Assembly (NCBI RefSeq): GCF_006345805.1
Contig: NW_021832223.1
Coordinates: 372,001 to 436,000 of the forward strand
Length of the DNA stretch: 64,000 bases
Direction: 5' to 3'
Source: Octopus sinensis
Lineage: Eukaryota
A program made the position numbers and the translations under genes. The notes beneath the pieces are model-generated. The model was not told the DNA's origin, made no database searches, and saw nothing but the letters and a program-made list of their open reading frames with translations. Every line of letters begins with the position of its first letter. Positions within the stretch are counted from its first letter, which is position 1. Positions 39,901 to 52,978 of this stretch are shown piece after piece.

Positions 39901-41015
39901 TTAAGTAACCTATAGGATCGTTTACAGAAACATTCAATTTCGACATCCAATCGGTGGTGATGACTACAAGAGGATGAATAGGAAAATGGGCGTGCATTGT
40001 AGTAAATACAATTATGCCATAAAGGACACAGTTGTAAATTAATTTTTAATCTTATTAAGGTTCGGATTGCAAATGATTACGGGACGAATCCAGCTTTAAT
40101 GTTGAATAAATTCGAATCAAAGTATTCCGATACTTGTGAAATACGTGCAATTTTGTCAACTCATGCGTAGAGGTATAGGTCGAAATTCATGATTAGGTTG
40201 AATTTCCAAATGGAGAAAAAATCGGTGTTAATGTCGCGTTTAAAACAATGGACAGGTTGCCCATAGAGACCTGATTACCCATGTGACATTAAAAAGAAAA
40301 TATAAAAATTTCAAAAAAAATCGACTTGAAAGGAATAAACCAAACAAACTTTTCGTGGAGGCCAAACACGAAATTTGATATCTATATTTAAAACCAATAT
40401 AGATTCAGGATCAAACAATATATCAAGAGATTATATAGATACTACTGTTAAAAAAGCATCAGAAACAAATTGTAAAAAATTTGTTTCATAATTGGATCAC
40501 AAGCAAAAAGATGTCAGCATTTGATTTCTCATTTTTCATCTTGTTTGATGTGATAAGAGTGTGTATGTACTTTGGGAGTATATTCACCATAAACATATAC
40601 ACATCGGGTACACAATATTACAAACTAAACTTTTATAATAACTGATGTGGGGCAACATACCCCAACTCGCTTGACCAACTTATTAAGAAAGATAAGGGTT
40701 TTTAGCATCCAACAAGACCTACTGCCAAAAGAATTCAACAATCGAAGCACATCACCCAATCCAATTTCACACAAAACTACTCCCGCCCGTCCCGCACTTG
40801 CGTTGGGTCCAGAGTCCAAATCGGGAAAAGTGAGAAAGTTTTGAGGATTGTGGAATCACCTAATTAATTACCCTAATAACTGTTGGTGATTCGGTTAAAT
40901 AATATATAAGTGTGGGCAATAATGACGGATACAAACATATAATAGATGTTCTTTGATTTTACCAGATGTATAAATATTATGATTATCAAGTCATATTAAA
41001 AGTCATATTAAAGTA

Positions 41016-41422
41016 TAAAAGGGCAAATATAAAAAAAATTTTAATAGAAATTGACTTGAAAGGAATAAATCGAAATAAAATATAAAAATGATGAAATTTA
41101 AAACTGTATAATCACAAAATTAAAGTTCATAAGAATTATTCCTCCATAATCAATTGAAATAAACCAATATAGAAAAAAATAAAAACGACAACAAACTAAA
41201 TCAACTACGTGTATCAGCGTGCTCTAATTATTAGGCTTGCCATTAAAAATATTCTAATTAAACAATTTTAATAAATATAAATTTTATTTATATCAATAAG
41301 ACATCCCATGATGAACTATACACCAACAAATTAGCGTTGCGAACAAATTAGGAAGATTCATGTTAGTAGATATTGGCACTACTTTTTAGTTATGCAATAA
41401 TTCACTTCCATCATCGTTGCTC
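41016..41422. repeat. ~407 bp direct repeat A (left of the viral element)
   Basis: Differs from 45412-45818 at about six positions by eye. Confidence 0.95.
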
Positions 41423-42683
41423 GTATCCACTACGACTTTATTTCGTCGCGACAGAAAAATTAATAGGAAAATATTTTTTTCCAATGTTTGATTCTATTAC
41501 CATGAACGATTCATTTATCACAATATACAAAAAGATGAAAAAGGCTGTTCCAGGACATCTCAATGGATCGAAAGACACAATTACATATGCTGCGCATGTT
41601 AACTATTCCAAATGGAACAACCGTCAAAGACATGGTTCTACCTCACCAATCTTTAAAGTGATGGATCGTGCGTGTGGATTCGAAAATGTTTTCTCTAGGA
41701 CACATAGAATATTCGAGAGATCCGACTTTTACTACGCTGACGCACCTCTTGCCTTCACGATTGATGGCTCTAACAGGATAAAAAATAAATACGAGGATTT
41801 AATGGTGTCATGGAACGGGCAACCAGGTGGCTTGGAAGGATTGAGACAGAAAGGATGGTGCCTCTGTAGTATGCTCATGATTCGAGACAAGGCACAACTA
41901 AAAAGCAACATCAAAATGAAGATGTTGGCACAAGGCGACAACCAGATCATTTGTGTTACATATAAACTGGTGTCAGGCGATTCGGAGACAGTGAGACAAA
42001 GGGAACTTTCTGACATTGCAGCTCATATGAAAATGTTTCTACGAGATGTGTTCCATGGTGTGGAACAAATGGGTCTGATGGTCAAAAAAGAGGAAACCTG
42101 GACCTCCTCTGCATTTATAGTGTACGGGAAGGTCCCTATGATGAATGGCCTCATGATACCATGTGACATAAAGAAAAAGAGCAGAGAAACCTTGATTGAT
42201 AACTCTCTCCTACCATCAATTAGAAATGCATTATCATCGGTTGGAACGAGCTCATTGACTCTCTGTCAATTTTCCGATGCTATGATGCCCAATATTTTCT
42301 CATACGTCTTCTCTGGCATTCTGATCATCGATGAATTCCTAAATTACGATCCTTTATCAGATGGCCCTTTGTACGAAGCAGTTCACAAAAAAATCCATAT
42401 AAACTAACAGTTGATGAAATCAAGACACTCGTGTTGTATCTGGATTCCTCCCTCGGCGGGGCAGGCGGTACAAATCTGTGTAGATTCCTTATCAGGCAAT
42501 TTCCAGATCCGATTACTGAAAGCTTATCATTTTGGAGTTTCGTTCATAAAGAAATCAAGTGTGAGAGAATAAGACTGATGGCTAGAATGGCTTGCAGTCC
42601 TGTTCTTGGAAGGAGTACGATCAACAGTTTCCCTAGCTTAGTTGAGAATCCTACTGGACTTAACCTGTTATCCACAGCGAACA
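41421..42683 (+). other. L: Endogenous viral element: Rhabdoviridae-like (Mononegavirales) L polymerase RdRp core, one frameshift
   Basis: LRLYFVATEKLI...ITM; motif A NYSKWNNRQR; motif B WNGQPGGLEGLRQKGW; motif C LAQGDNQI; KKEETWTS..F.VYGK; after a frameshift near 42398, YLDSSLGG...RFLIRQFPDPITESLSFW and LVENPTGLN. Confidence 0.95.
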
Positions 42684-43490
42684 CAAACTTCGTAGTCGAA
42701 ACAGACAACAATAGCATGCAATGCTTATTGTGCCATGAGATTGTGAAAACTATAAAACGGGACAATGCTAAACAACATTTTCAAAGACATTTAGACCACT
42801 TAGTTGTCAAGTCCAAGTGTTCAAGAGAAGATTCCGTCGAAAATTTAAAATACAAATTAAGACAACAAAAACAAATGTTAAAAACTTTTTAAATGTGGTA
42901 AATGCAAGAGTGATGAAGCATCCTTTCGAGTTGCTCATATCCTTGGATCCGCTGGAAAACCTTTTTCAGACGGCGAACTTGTGAAAAGATGTATCATGTA
43001 ATCAGTTAAATGCATTGATCCCGACAATGAGCATAACTTTGAAGCAATTACACTTTCACGTGACATAATTCAGCGCCGACAGTTTCATATTGCCGAGCAT
43101 CTTAATCTATCACTCCTACAAAAATTAAATTCTCAACTACGTTATTTTCACTTGCCATTGATGAGTCGAATGATTCTGCTCAGCTGATCATATTATTCGT
43201 ACTCTATCCTTCGATTTTGAAATACATGAGGATTTTCTATCCATGAAGTCACTACCTGGAAATGTACAGGGTCAGATATATTTGAAATAGTTAGCAATGT
43301 TGTGGAATTCAAATTGGACATGAAAGTCTAAGAGGAATATGCACAGATGGCGCGCACCAGCAATGTTGGGTAGAAAACAAGGATTTGTTGCACGCCTAAA
43401 CTGAATATGTCTCAGAAGAGTATAACAATAAATCAGTTATTGGTGTACATTGTATATTCGCCAACAAGCACTTTGTTCACAAATGAAAAA
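42684..43490 (+). mobile_element. hAT (SPIN/GTF2IRD2-like) transposase remnant
   Basis: CLLCHEIVKTIKRDNAKQHFQRH zinc finger, then KPFSDGELVK, FSLAIDESND, GICTDGA and VHCI. Confidence 0.85.
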
Positions 43491-43899
43491 AATTTGAAGA
43501 TTTAACCTGATGATATCATATGCCCAAGAGTGTAGCGTAAAAAAGTAACCAGTACGCCAAATACGAACCCAATCACACAATGGAAGAGGTTAATTAAATG
43601 GAGACTCAATATCCAGCATTACTCGCGAGGCTTTACATGCCAACAAGTATGAGTTACACTGCAGATGTGATTACCTTTTTGGTTGTGGGAGAAAATTGTA
43701 AAACAGCCTGGAAGAATGAAATGATCCCCGACGAGGAGTGCGATACAAAATAGAAAGATATATGCAGGCTCATATAGTGGTTTTTCATCTGTTCAGTTAC
43801 CTAACTGTAATTGTAGAATGTTCTTTGATTGACCAGAATGTATAAATATTATGATTATCAAGTCATATTAAAAGTCATATTAAAGTATAAAAGGGCAAA

Positions 43900-44400
43900 A
43901 GGGACTGCACCCACTTTACTGCAAGAGAGCGCAGGCAGGGAACACAGACACAAGGCCCTCAATGAAATCGTGAAGGCCGGTCTCGAATCGGCAGGCCATT
44001 CGTGCCTCCTCGCACCGGTCGGACTCGATCGGGGGATGGCAAAAGGCCTGACAATATTCCCGTACTCGTCGGGGAAGGCGCTCGTATGGGATGTTACCGT
44101 GTGGATACATTTTCAAAATCGAGGATCCATTCTTCCGCCGCAAACCCTGTTCGGCTGCAAACCACGCCGAAATGATCAAAATACAAAATATTCTTCGCTC
44201 GCGGACCGCTACCGCATTACGGCAATCGCCCTGGAGACCTCTGGAGCTGCGGAAAGGAGACTGACTCGTTCCTCAACGAGGTCGGGCAGTCCATCGGGAG
44301 GAGGCTCAAGGACACGAGAGAGGGCCTCTGGTTCGCCAGCGCATCGGCCTGACCATTGTTCGGGGCAACGCACACTGCGTCCTTGCCGCTGGGACTTAAC
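43900..44400 (+). mobile_element. CRE RLE 3' fragment
   Basis: RHKALNEIVKAGLESAG...PVGLDRG, LVWDVT, AIALETSGA. Confidence 0.85.
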
Positions 44401-44489
44401 GATTTTCGTTGTCTTATTTAAATTGATTTATGTAATTGAAAATCGAACCACTTGAATAATAAAAAAAAGGCAAATATTAAAAAATTTTG

Positions 44490-45230
44490 CGGCCACTCGA
44501 TGTCCCTCAGAATGTGCAATCCACCGGTATGGTATTGTCACAAAAGAGAGTGCAGAACTAGTTCTGGATTGAAAGCCGGTATAAAATACGTTGTAAAAAT
44601 GTACAGGAACTTGGCTAGAGGGAGCCAGAGTACCTTTGGAGGATATCATAAGATTTATTTTCTTGTGGGCCAATAACATATCATCGGTCAAAGTGTGTTC
44701 AGACAATTTGGGGTGGGCTGGGCATACGACTGCGGATTGGTCGATGTACCTTCGTGATATTTGCATACAATCACTCACATCTCGTCGAAGAAGGAAAATA
44801 GGTTAGTGTATATTTAAATAGTATTAGGAGGTGAAAAAATGGTAGTCGAGATAGATGAGAGTCATTTCTCAAAACGCAAATTAACAAAGGCCGAGTATTG
44901 CCCAAGCAATGGGTATTTGGAGGGATATGTCGAGTGACAAAAGCTGTTTCCTTGAGATGATCCCAGACCGTACAATGGGACTCTCTCAAATGCGATATTG
45001 AACAATGTTGAAGAAGGAACTATTTTAAAATAATAATTAGTTAATAGAATGTGGGGGAGCGCGAAATGGCGCAATAAGAGACAGAGAGGGACTGTCCGCA
45101 GGCATATGAATAGCTACTTCTCAGAATTTATCTGGAGGCAAGAACACAAGAAACAGGAATTTGAGAAAATTGTCGAAGCTATATCAATATGCTGGCCACC
45201 TCAGACCAAAGTGGAGGATAAATTAGTTAA
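44490..45230 (+). mobile_element. Merlin (ISXO2/IS1595-like) transposase remnant
   Basis: WYCHKRECR, VVEIDESHFSKRK...QWVFGGICR, HMNSYFSEFIWRQ. Confidence 0.8.
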
Positions 45231-45411
45231 ATATTTAAAAAAAATTAGTAAATAATTCATTTTTTATAGTAATTAATTATAAAACACATATATTATCACT
45301 GGAAAAAATAGTATTATTTTGAAACTCGCTAAAAAGTGGTTGTAGACTACTACAAAAGTATATTTAAATTGATTTATATGTAATTGAAAATCGAACCACT
45401 TGAATAATAAT

Positions 45412-45818
45412 AAAAAGGGCAAATATTAAAAAATTTTAATAGAAATTGACTTGAAAGGAATAAATCGAAATAAAATATAAAAATGATGAAATTTAAAACT
45501 GTATAATCACAAAATTAAAGTTCATAAGAATTATTCCTTCATAATCAATTGAAATAAACCAATATAGAAAAAAATAAAAACGACAACAAACTAAATCAAC
45601 TACGTGTATCAGCGTGCTCTAATTATTAGGCTTGCCATTAAAAATATTCTAATTAAACAATTTTTAATAAATATAAATTTTATTTATATCAATAAGACAT
45701 CCCATGATGAACTATACACCAACAAATTAGGGTTGCGAACAAATTAGAAAGATTCATGTTAGTAGATATTGGCACTACTTTTTAATTATGCAATAATTCA
45801 CTTCCATCATCGTTGCTC
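45412..45818. repeat. ~407 bp direct repeat B
   Basis: See repeat A. Confidence 0.95.
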
Positions 45819-46439
45819 ACCTTTTTCTTTATCTCACCTCACAGCAAAAATCAATTCATCTGAATAAAACGAATAGTCCATACCTGCATAAGTATCATAT
45901 TTGTATCTTTTCCAAAGAGATAACAAACAGAATGGGGGATGATGGATCTCTCTGTAAGTTCTGAGTGTTGTTTCAAAACTTTTCTAGTCATCCTAGTCTA
46001 TCATCTAACTATTCTGACGGCCCCCTACTTTTAGTAGCCCTCTACGTGTTATTTGTTGTATTCAGAAGATGACATGATAATTGATATATCAATTTTTAAT
46101 CATGGTTTATAGCCGCCAACTGCTTTTTGATGAAATCAATACTCGAGAAGTTAGTTTGGAAGACACTGAAAATAGACCAGAGAGGTATCTCTTACAATGG
46201 AAGATGATGGAATATACTGAAGTGGTTATTCTAGGAATCAGGAGGAAAATGGCTACAATAAGATGAAATGTCGGCAGCCCAAACATTAACAAGTTCGTAA
46301 AAAAGTAACCAGTACGCGATATATCAAAATATAAAAACAAATCCAATTTTAATAGCAGATGTTAAAAACCATTGGAAATAAGATGTTAAAAAGGTAATAA
46401 AGACAAAATAAAAACAAAAATTGTTATTCTCATTAAAAA

Positions 46440-47978
46440 TCATTTAACGACCATTTCATCGTCCATCTCCACAGCGGCAGCATTATAGCACATCGGGACC
46501 CCTTGAACAGTAAGGTCAGTGTAAATCTAAACATCCGCAACAACAAAACTCACAATTTGCAAACAACATCCATACCCCTCAGTCACAAACTCAACACCCA
46601 ACACAGCCACATCGACTGGGGACTGAATAATCCCTCTGAAATAAACAAAACACACAAAACATTGGTTTAATCACACAATCCTCGTTACTACCAAACACAT
46701 GGAGTAGTAACACTTTGTCCTCATATTCCACACACATTCTACTCCCACATGCATTGGACAATATCCGAGATGGGATTCCCCCAATCCTACAATGTTCCGT
46801 CATCACCCCATCACCTAAAATCCTCCGTGCTGTCCATTTCGGAAAATCTCGCAAACATGACAGGAGAACAGTCAAAGAACATAAATACAACAGGATTGGG
46901 GACAAGTCGAATTCCGCGAATAATACAATCAACGTTCGTGGTGAAAATAAACAGATTTACCGATTTTAAAAACACACCCGACTATGCTATAATCCACTAT
47001 AGTACTTCGACAGAATAGTTCAGTGATGTATCCGTGTTCGTTCCATATCTACACGGAGACTCCCATAGTTTTAAATAGTCGTTTGTATGGCAGGTAATAA
47101 AGGCCTGTTCTCCGACGGAAAAAAGGAAGCGAATGGGACTCAGTGAGTACCCTGAATATGTACATTGTATTCTGGTTTGAAGACATATTTTCTACTAATT
47201 AGAAAAACGGTTTTACGGTTATTGAAGAAGAGAATATACTACTCAGTAATACACACGTGTCTATTCGGATAGCATCTGTTACCACAAAGTCAGAGTCCGT
47301 AAATTTAATCAAGCATTCAATTTCGCTATAATTAGATTATTTGTATTTAATTAAAATTATAATTAAGTTTAAATAGTTAATTTTAATAAATATTTAAAAA
47401 TTAAACTTGTTGTTGTGGAACTTGTATATTGTAATGCCTGACATGTCTCCTATCAGAAGAGAATCAACCTCAATCCACTTTAACAAAGTAATGGACGAAT
47501 CGGAAATAAAGTGGACGAATATTTCCCTCTGTTCATTGTAGATAGTAGCAGTATTGGACTGAGTACTGACTGAAAAGAGACTTCCACACTCATTCCAAGC
47601 AAAATGATTTATTTTAGCACATTTTCTGGAAATAAATCGTCTTATTATACTTTTCTAAAAAGTTTTCTCTTATTATAGGCGTAATGTGCCTCGTCTTGAA
47701 AATGTTGAATAAATTTTTAGACGAATTATAAACGTGGTTTATTCGTATAATTTTATCGTTAGGAATTTCCATTTGGTTAGAAATAGTCCAGAAATTCTAT
47801 AATACGTTGGAAAGAAAGTACTCTAAGAATATCAGTTGTAGGTTGACTGTAGTGTAGTATATGTCCGTATTCCATTACTGCGATCTCATTGACTCTGGGT
47901 ATTGAAGCATAGTCTGAGTAGTTTAAAAGAGACTTAAATTTTAATAATTAAAATTGCTACAGCTTGACCACACAACAT
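46440..47978 (-). CDS. AAAS: Divergent WD40 protein, likely the nucleoporin Aladin, multi-exon
   Basis: Spliced segments SIPRVNEIAVMEYGHIL, INHFAWNECGSLFSVS...TIYN, ITLLKW, LKLWES, IGGIPSRILSNACGSRMCV, GIIQSP and VQGVPMCY follow the order of Aladin motifs; includes one ~80 nt intron. Confidence 0.7.
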
Positions 47979-48111
47979 TGTGAAAATTTTAAATAACTTG
48001 TTTTGAAATTATTTTTGATTATAAATAAATTAATTTATTTAATTTAATTTCGAAGAGAAAATATTAACATTTAATGATTTATTATTTTTGGAGATCAGTA
48101 AAATTAAACAA

Positions 48112-49475
48112 TTGCTGGGTTGAAGAACAAGGCGCCTGGCTTCGACTACATCCCTCCGAAGTTGTTAAAGAAGGCCCCTGAAATCTTGATACGAGCATTG
48201 ACTATGTTGTTTCACGCCAGCTGGACGTTCGGACACCTTCCATCGGCGTGGAAGCATACGATTGTTCGAATGATTCCAAAATCTGGTAAATCGACACTGC
48301 TGGCACAGAACTACCGGCCAATTAGCCTCATTTGTGCTTTCTCTAAGACAATGGAAAGATTGTTTAACAGACTCTTGGTCAATAGAATCACAAAATTTGC
48401 TTTTACCTGAACAATGGGGATTTCGTGGAGGAAGATCCACAGGGGACTGCCTCAGGGAGTTAGAGCACCAATTATCCCGTGCTGACAGAAATGAAGCATG
48501 GCTAACTGTGGTGTGTCTGGATCTGGCCAAAGCCTTCGATAGCGTGTGGCACCTGGGCCTACTCTCCAGAATCCATGACATCGGAGCCGGGATAAAGACC
48601 TATCGATGGCTGGAGAGCTTCTTGTCAGGAAGACAATCATTTGTCCGCTGTGGAAACCGCCTATCGGGGTGTGTGGAACTTAGAAGGGGAGTCCCGCAGG
48701 GATCTATCTTGAGTCCACTTCTGTTCAACCTCTTCTTGGCGGACATTCCTCTGCCGTCGACACGTACTGGCAAGCTCGTTATCTATGCTGACGATATCCT
48801 GGTCATGGATACCTCGAAAAGGATATCGCAGTCTTGGAGACGACTGAAATCATACATTGCAACGCTAAAGATGTGGACTATAGAGAAGGGTTTGACCCTA
48901 GCACCGGAGAAGAGCACCATTTCATGGTTGCGGAGAGGGAGTCGCTATGCGGAGTCTTGTGCATATGCGATGAGTAGCTATGTGATGGATCTCTCGAAAA
49001 GAAAAAATCTTTCTTACCTGGGAGCAACCATTAACTGTCGTGGCTCGTACGTAGAGCATATAGCAAATCAGAGAAAGAGGAGTGTGAGGATCCTCAAAAG
49101 CTTAACCAGGTTCCATCTGGATCCGGAAACGTAATCTACGTATACAAAACGTGTGTGCAGCCAGTCCTCACATATGGCTACGAGGGCTGGTACGGTACGG
49201 AGGAGAGTGACTACCTGATCGAACAGTTGGAAAAGACAAGACGTTTCGCTATGAAATTGGCTTACGGAGTACAACTTGACGGAAGGCTAAAAGACTCACA
49301 AGAATCCTCTGTGCCCACGATCCGGATGGTCTTGGAGAATTGTCGTCAAACATGACTAGTATTGGGATACGCATGGAAAGAGACACTTCGGTGCCTTGTT
49401 TTTATCTCCCCGCCGATGTTTTTCTTCCTTGTTTTTCTTTTTCTTTTCGCTAAATAACACTATTCTATTCTATTC
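48112..49475 (+). mobile_element. 5'-truncated Jockey/I-like LINE (RT + 3' UTR) with TSD
   Basis: KAPGFD, YRPISL, QWGFR, DLAKAFDSV, GVPQGSILSP, YADD; (CTATT)3 tail; 10 bp TSD AATTAAACAA at 48102-48111 and 49476-49485. Confidence 0.93.
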
Positions 49476-49899
49476 AATTAAACAAAATAAATTTAATTTT
49501 AATCAAGTTAATTTAATAAATATTAATTTGATTATTATAATTATTTTATTAATATAATAAAAATCAATGGAATGACGTTATGTGTCATCAAAATGCCTTT
49601 TCAAAAATAAATATCAAATTCTTTCTTTAAACTAAACACTAAAAAATAAAACTTTAGTGTAAAATAGTGAGGAAAAAAGATTTGGCTAAATTTAAATAAG
49701 TAAAAAATTCATTAATTAAATCAAATAAATAAAAATCACCAACATAAACATTGTTGGTATATTTTAGTTTGTAGTGGTATCTATATCATATCAAACAAAA
49801 CTAATAAAGAAATCAATTATAAATACCAATTGATTAGCTAGTTAACATCTGCTAATGAACTATCGCTAATAATAAACCACAGATAATCGCTGATGACAA

Positions 49900-52800
49900 A
49901 TGGAGGAGGATTCTGGAAACATTAAGGTGGTCTGTCGCTTCCGTCCACTCAACAACTCCGAAATACAAGCCAACAGTGAATTTGTCCCCAAATTCCAGGA
50001 CGGAAACATCGTCAAATTCACCGTAATTCAAAATAAACACACCCAGGGAAAACAATTTCAATACGACGGAATATTCCCCCCAAATACAACCCAACAACAG
50101 GTCTACGAGAGAACAGCTCAGCGGATTGTCGCAGGTGTGTCCAATACACTCAGAATAGACGTATTGGACGGATATAACGGCACAATCTTCGCCTACGGAC
50201 AAACATCAAGCGGTAAGACACATACAATGGAAGTAAGTCGGTCATTTATTATAAAAAGGGGGTTTTGGACGACGGAGAACTTCAGGGATTAATTCCCCGA
50301 ATAGTAAATGATGTATTTGAGCATATTTACTCAATGGAAGAACATTTCCTTATCCAAATCAAGGTCGGACTCGCTTTTTATTCCAAAGGTCTCATATTTT
50401 GAAATTTACATGGAGAAAATACGAGACCTGCTTGATGGTTGGTGTAAGCTGACTTAAATGCCCAAATAGTGACCAAAACTAGTTTGCCTATCCACGAAGA
50501 CAAGGATAGAGTTCCATTTGTTAAGGTTATTCCTTTATTCTGACATTAGGGAGTCACTGAGAGGTTTGTGTCCTGTTTTGATGAAGTAATGCAAGTCCTG
50601 CAGTTTGGAAAGGCGAATAGACATGTGGCAGTGACTAGTTTGTGATTTGTGTTATTTGTAGACATGAACGAGCACAGTTCTCGAAGTCATTCTGTGCTAC
50701 TGATCGCAATTATGCAGGAAAACTCCCAAACGGGTAAAAAACTGACAGGAAAGTTGTATTTGGTGGATTTGGCTGGAAGTGAAAAGGTGAGCAAAACAGG
50801 AGCAGAGGGACTTGTGTTGGATGAGGCAAAAAACATAAACAAATCACTTTCTGCTCTGGGAAATGTCATTTCTTGTCTGACCGACGACACTCGGACTCAT
50901 ATTCCGTACAGAGACAGTAAACTGACACGAATACTGCAGGAGTCACTGGGAGGGAATGCCAGGACTACTATTATTGTGTGTTGTTCCCCTGCCAGAGTAA
51001 ATGACTCAGAAACACGTTCTACACTCATGTTCGGACAGAGGTGGAGACGGGGTTAATCAAATTAGAGCAAAGACGGTCAAAAACAAGGCAGTGGTCAACG
51101 AGGAGTTGACAGCTGAGGAATGGGAGAGGAGATATCGACATGAGAAGAGTAGAAGAGTGGAATTACAGCAGTTGTTGGCTAAAGCAGAGGAGGAGTTGAA
51201 TGTGTGGAGAGGAGGTATTTTATTCTAATATTCTCAGGGGGACATGTTAGTTCGGATATGCAGATTAATATTGACCATGATGATAAGATGAGTCGGTACA
51301 GTGTCAGTCAGAACTCGCTGTCCGAGAATGGCCGACTGTTGGAAGAGAGGGACGAGGAGATTGCTCAGCTGACACAGTCAATGTCGTTACTTCTGCAAAA
51401 GAATCAGCAAATTGAATCAGAATTGTTAAATTCGGTCACAAAGTCAGAATTTGAGGCAGTGTTACAAGAGCATTTGTTGGCCAAGACTGAGGTTGTAATT
51501 ATTGCTAAGACAGATTGACGAACTGCTGAAAGCATTGGAAGAAATGGCCAAGAATTATGAACTCCAAGTCGAACAACTGGCCCGTCAATCACAGGATAAT
51601 CGAACTCTCCAAACCCAGTTGGACAACAAAATGGTGAGGATTGAGTGAGTAAAATTAGTGTGAGTTGAAGTACATGGCGGACGAGCTGTCAAATGCGGTC
51701 AAGACGAGTGAGAATAGTCGACTGGAGTGTGAGGATGTCATTTCTACGGTCAGTGAGTGTGTCTCGTCTATAAATCATGTGTTTATTGAGAATGTTATTT
51801 GGTTGTTGTATTTGTAGTGTAATGGGGAGTCGTGGAATTCGCTGTCGTTGAAACTGAGGTTGTCTACGATGGGGGCGTCGTTAAAGTGGATGGTGGAGGA
51901 GAGGAATGAGGCGAAACAGCAAATTGAGGACATGAAAGCACAGTTGGAGAGTACTGGGGACATTTTGGAGAGAAAGAAACAGATTATTAAGGACGGGGAG
52001 GACAAGATCATTTCAATGACGACAGAATTGAGAGAGAGGGATAGAATGTGTCAGGAAATGCAGGACCAACTCAGTTCCTGTCGAGAGAAGATAGCCGAAT
52101 TGGAATACAATGAAAGAACACTCCACGAGAATTCTCAGAATGTGGACGAACTGAAGACATTGATGGAAGCACAGATGGAAGGACACAGATTACAACACCA
52201 GTCCCAGTTGAGTGAGTTGAGGGACAGATTGGCAGACAGGGATTATAAACTGGAGATTATAACAATGTGATTAGAACTATAAACTGATCAATTTAGGGAA
52301 AAGAATAAGTTGTTGGAGGAGATTGAGGAGTGCAAGGCACGTCTGTCTTCTCTCAAGATGACACACGACTCAATGGAGAGTGAATTGACTAGACTTAGAT
52401 GTGAGAGCAAACAAAGACAGAACGAAAGGGAGAATTTATACCAATTGGATTCCAAAGTGGTTGATTTCCCACTAATTTAACCTTCGAAGGCCCAGGAGCT
52501 CGAAAAATTGAGCAAATACCGAGTACAAATGTTGTCAAAGTTTGAAAACAACATTAATGTATGGAGTGTGGTAGACTGATTAGGGAATTAACGGTCTGGT
52601 GAATAGAGATGTGGCCGAGTCGCGAATTAAGAACTTGGAGGGGACGTTGAGCGAGATCAGTGAGACTAACAGAAAGTTGGTGCGTGACTCCATGTCTTTG
52701 ATGTGTGAAAAGTCGAAGCTGCAGACCAATTTGAAAGTGATTAATGAGAGGTTGGAATACATGGAACGCATGTCTGTGGAAGCCAAGGAGGGCTACCATC

Positions 52801-52978
52801 AGAATATTGTCAAGTACGAGGAAGAAATCAAAAAATTGAGAGATTCGTTGCTAAAGGCCTCGACGAGAAAGATTCCTCAAATATGTTTGGTGGGTTTTTG
52901 ATTGATTTAGATAAACCAATCCGTAATCAGTCGGGCGTTCCTTCCCTGACTGGGTTTGTAAAACCAATGAAACGATGA
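49900..52978 (+). CDS. KIF5: Kinesin-1 heavy chain, many tiny introns
   Basis: [72 protein letters not shown], long coiled coil, tail QIYKPIR. Confidence 0.97.

Noticed and set aside
40550-40900. G/T-skewed minus-strand segment near the EVE, possibly another viral or host exon
   Set aside because: No frame gave recognisable viral or host motifs.
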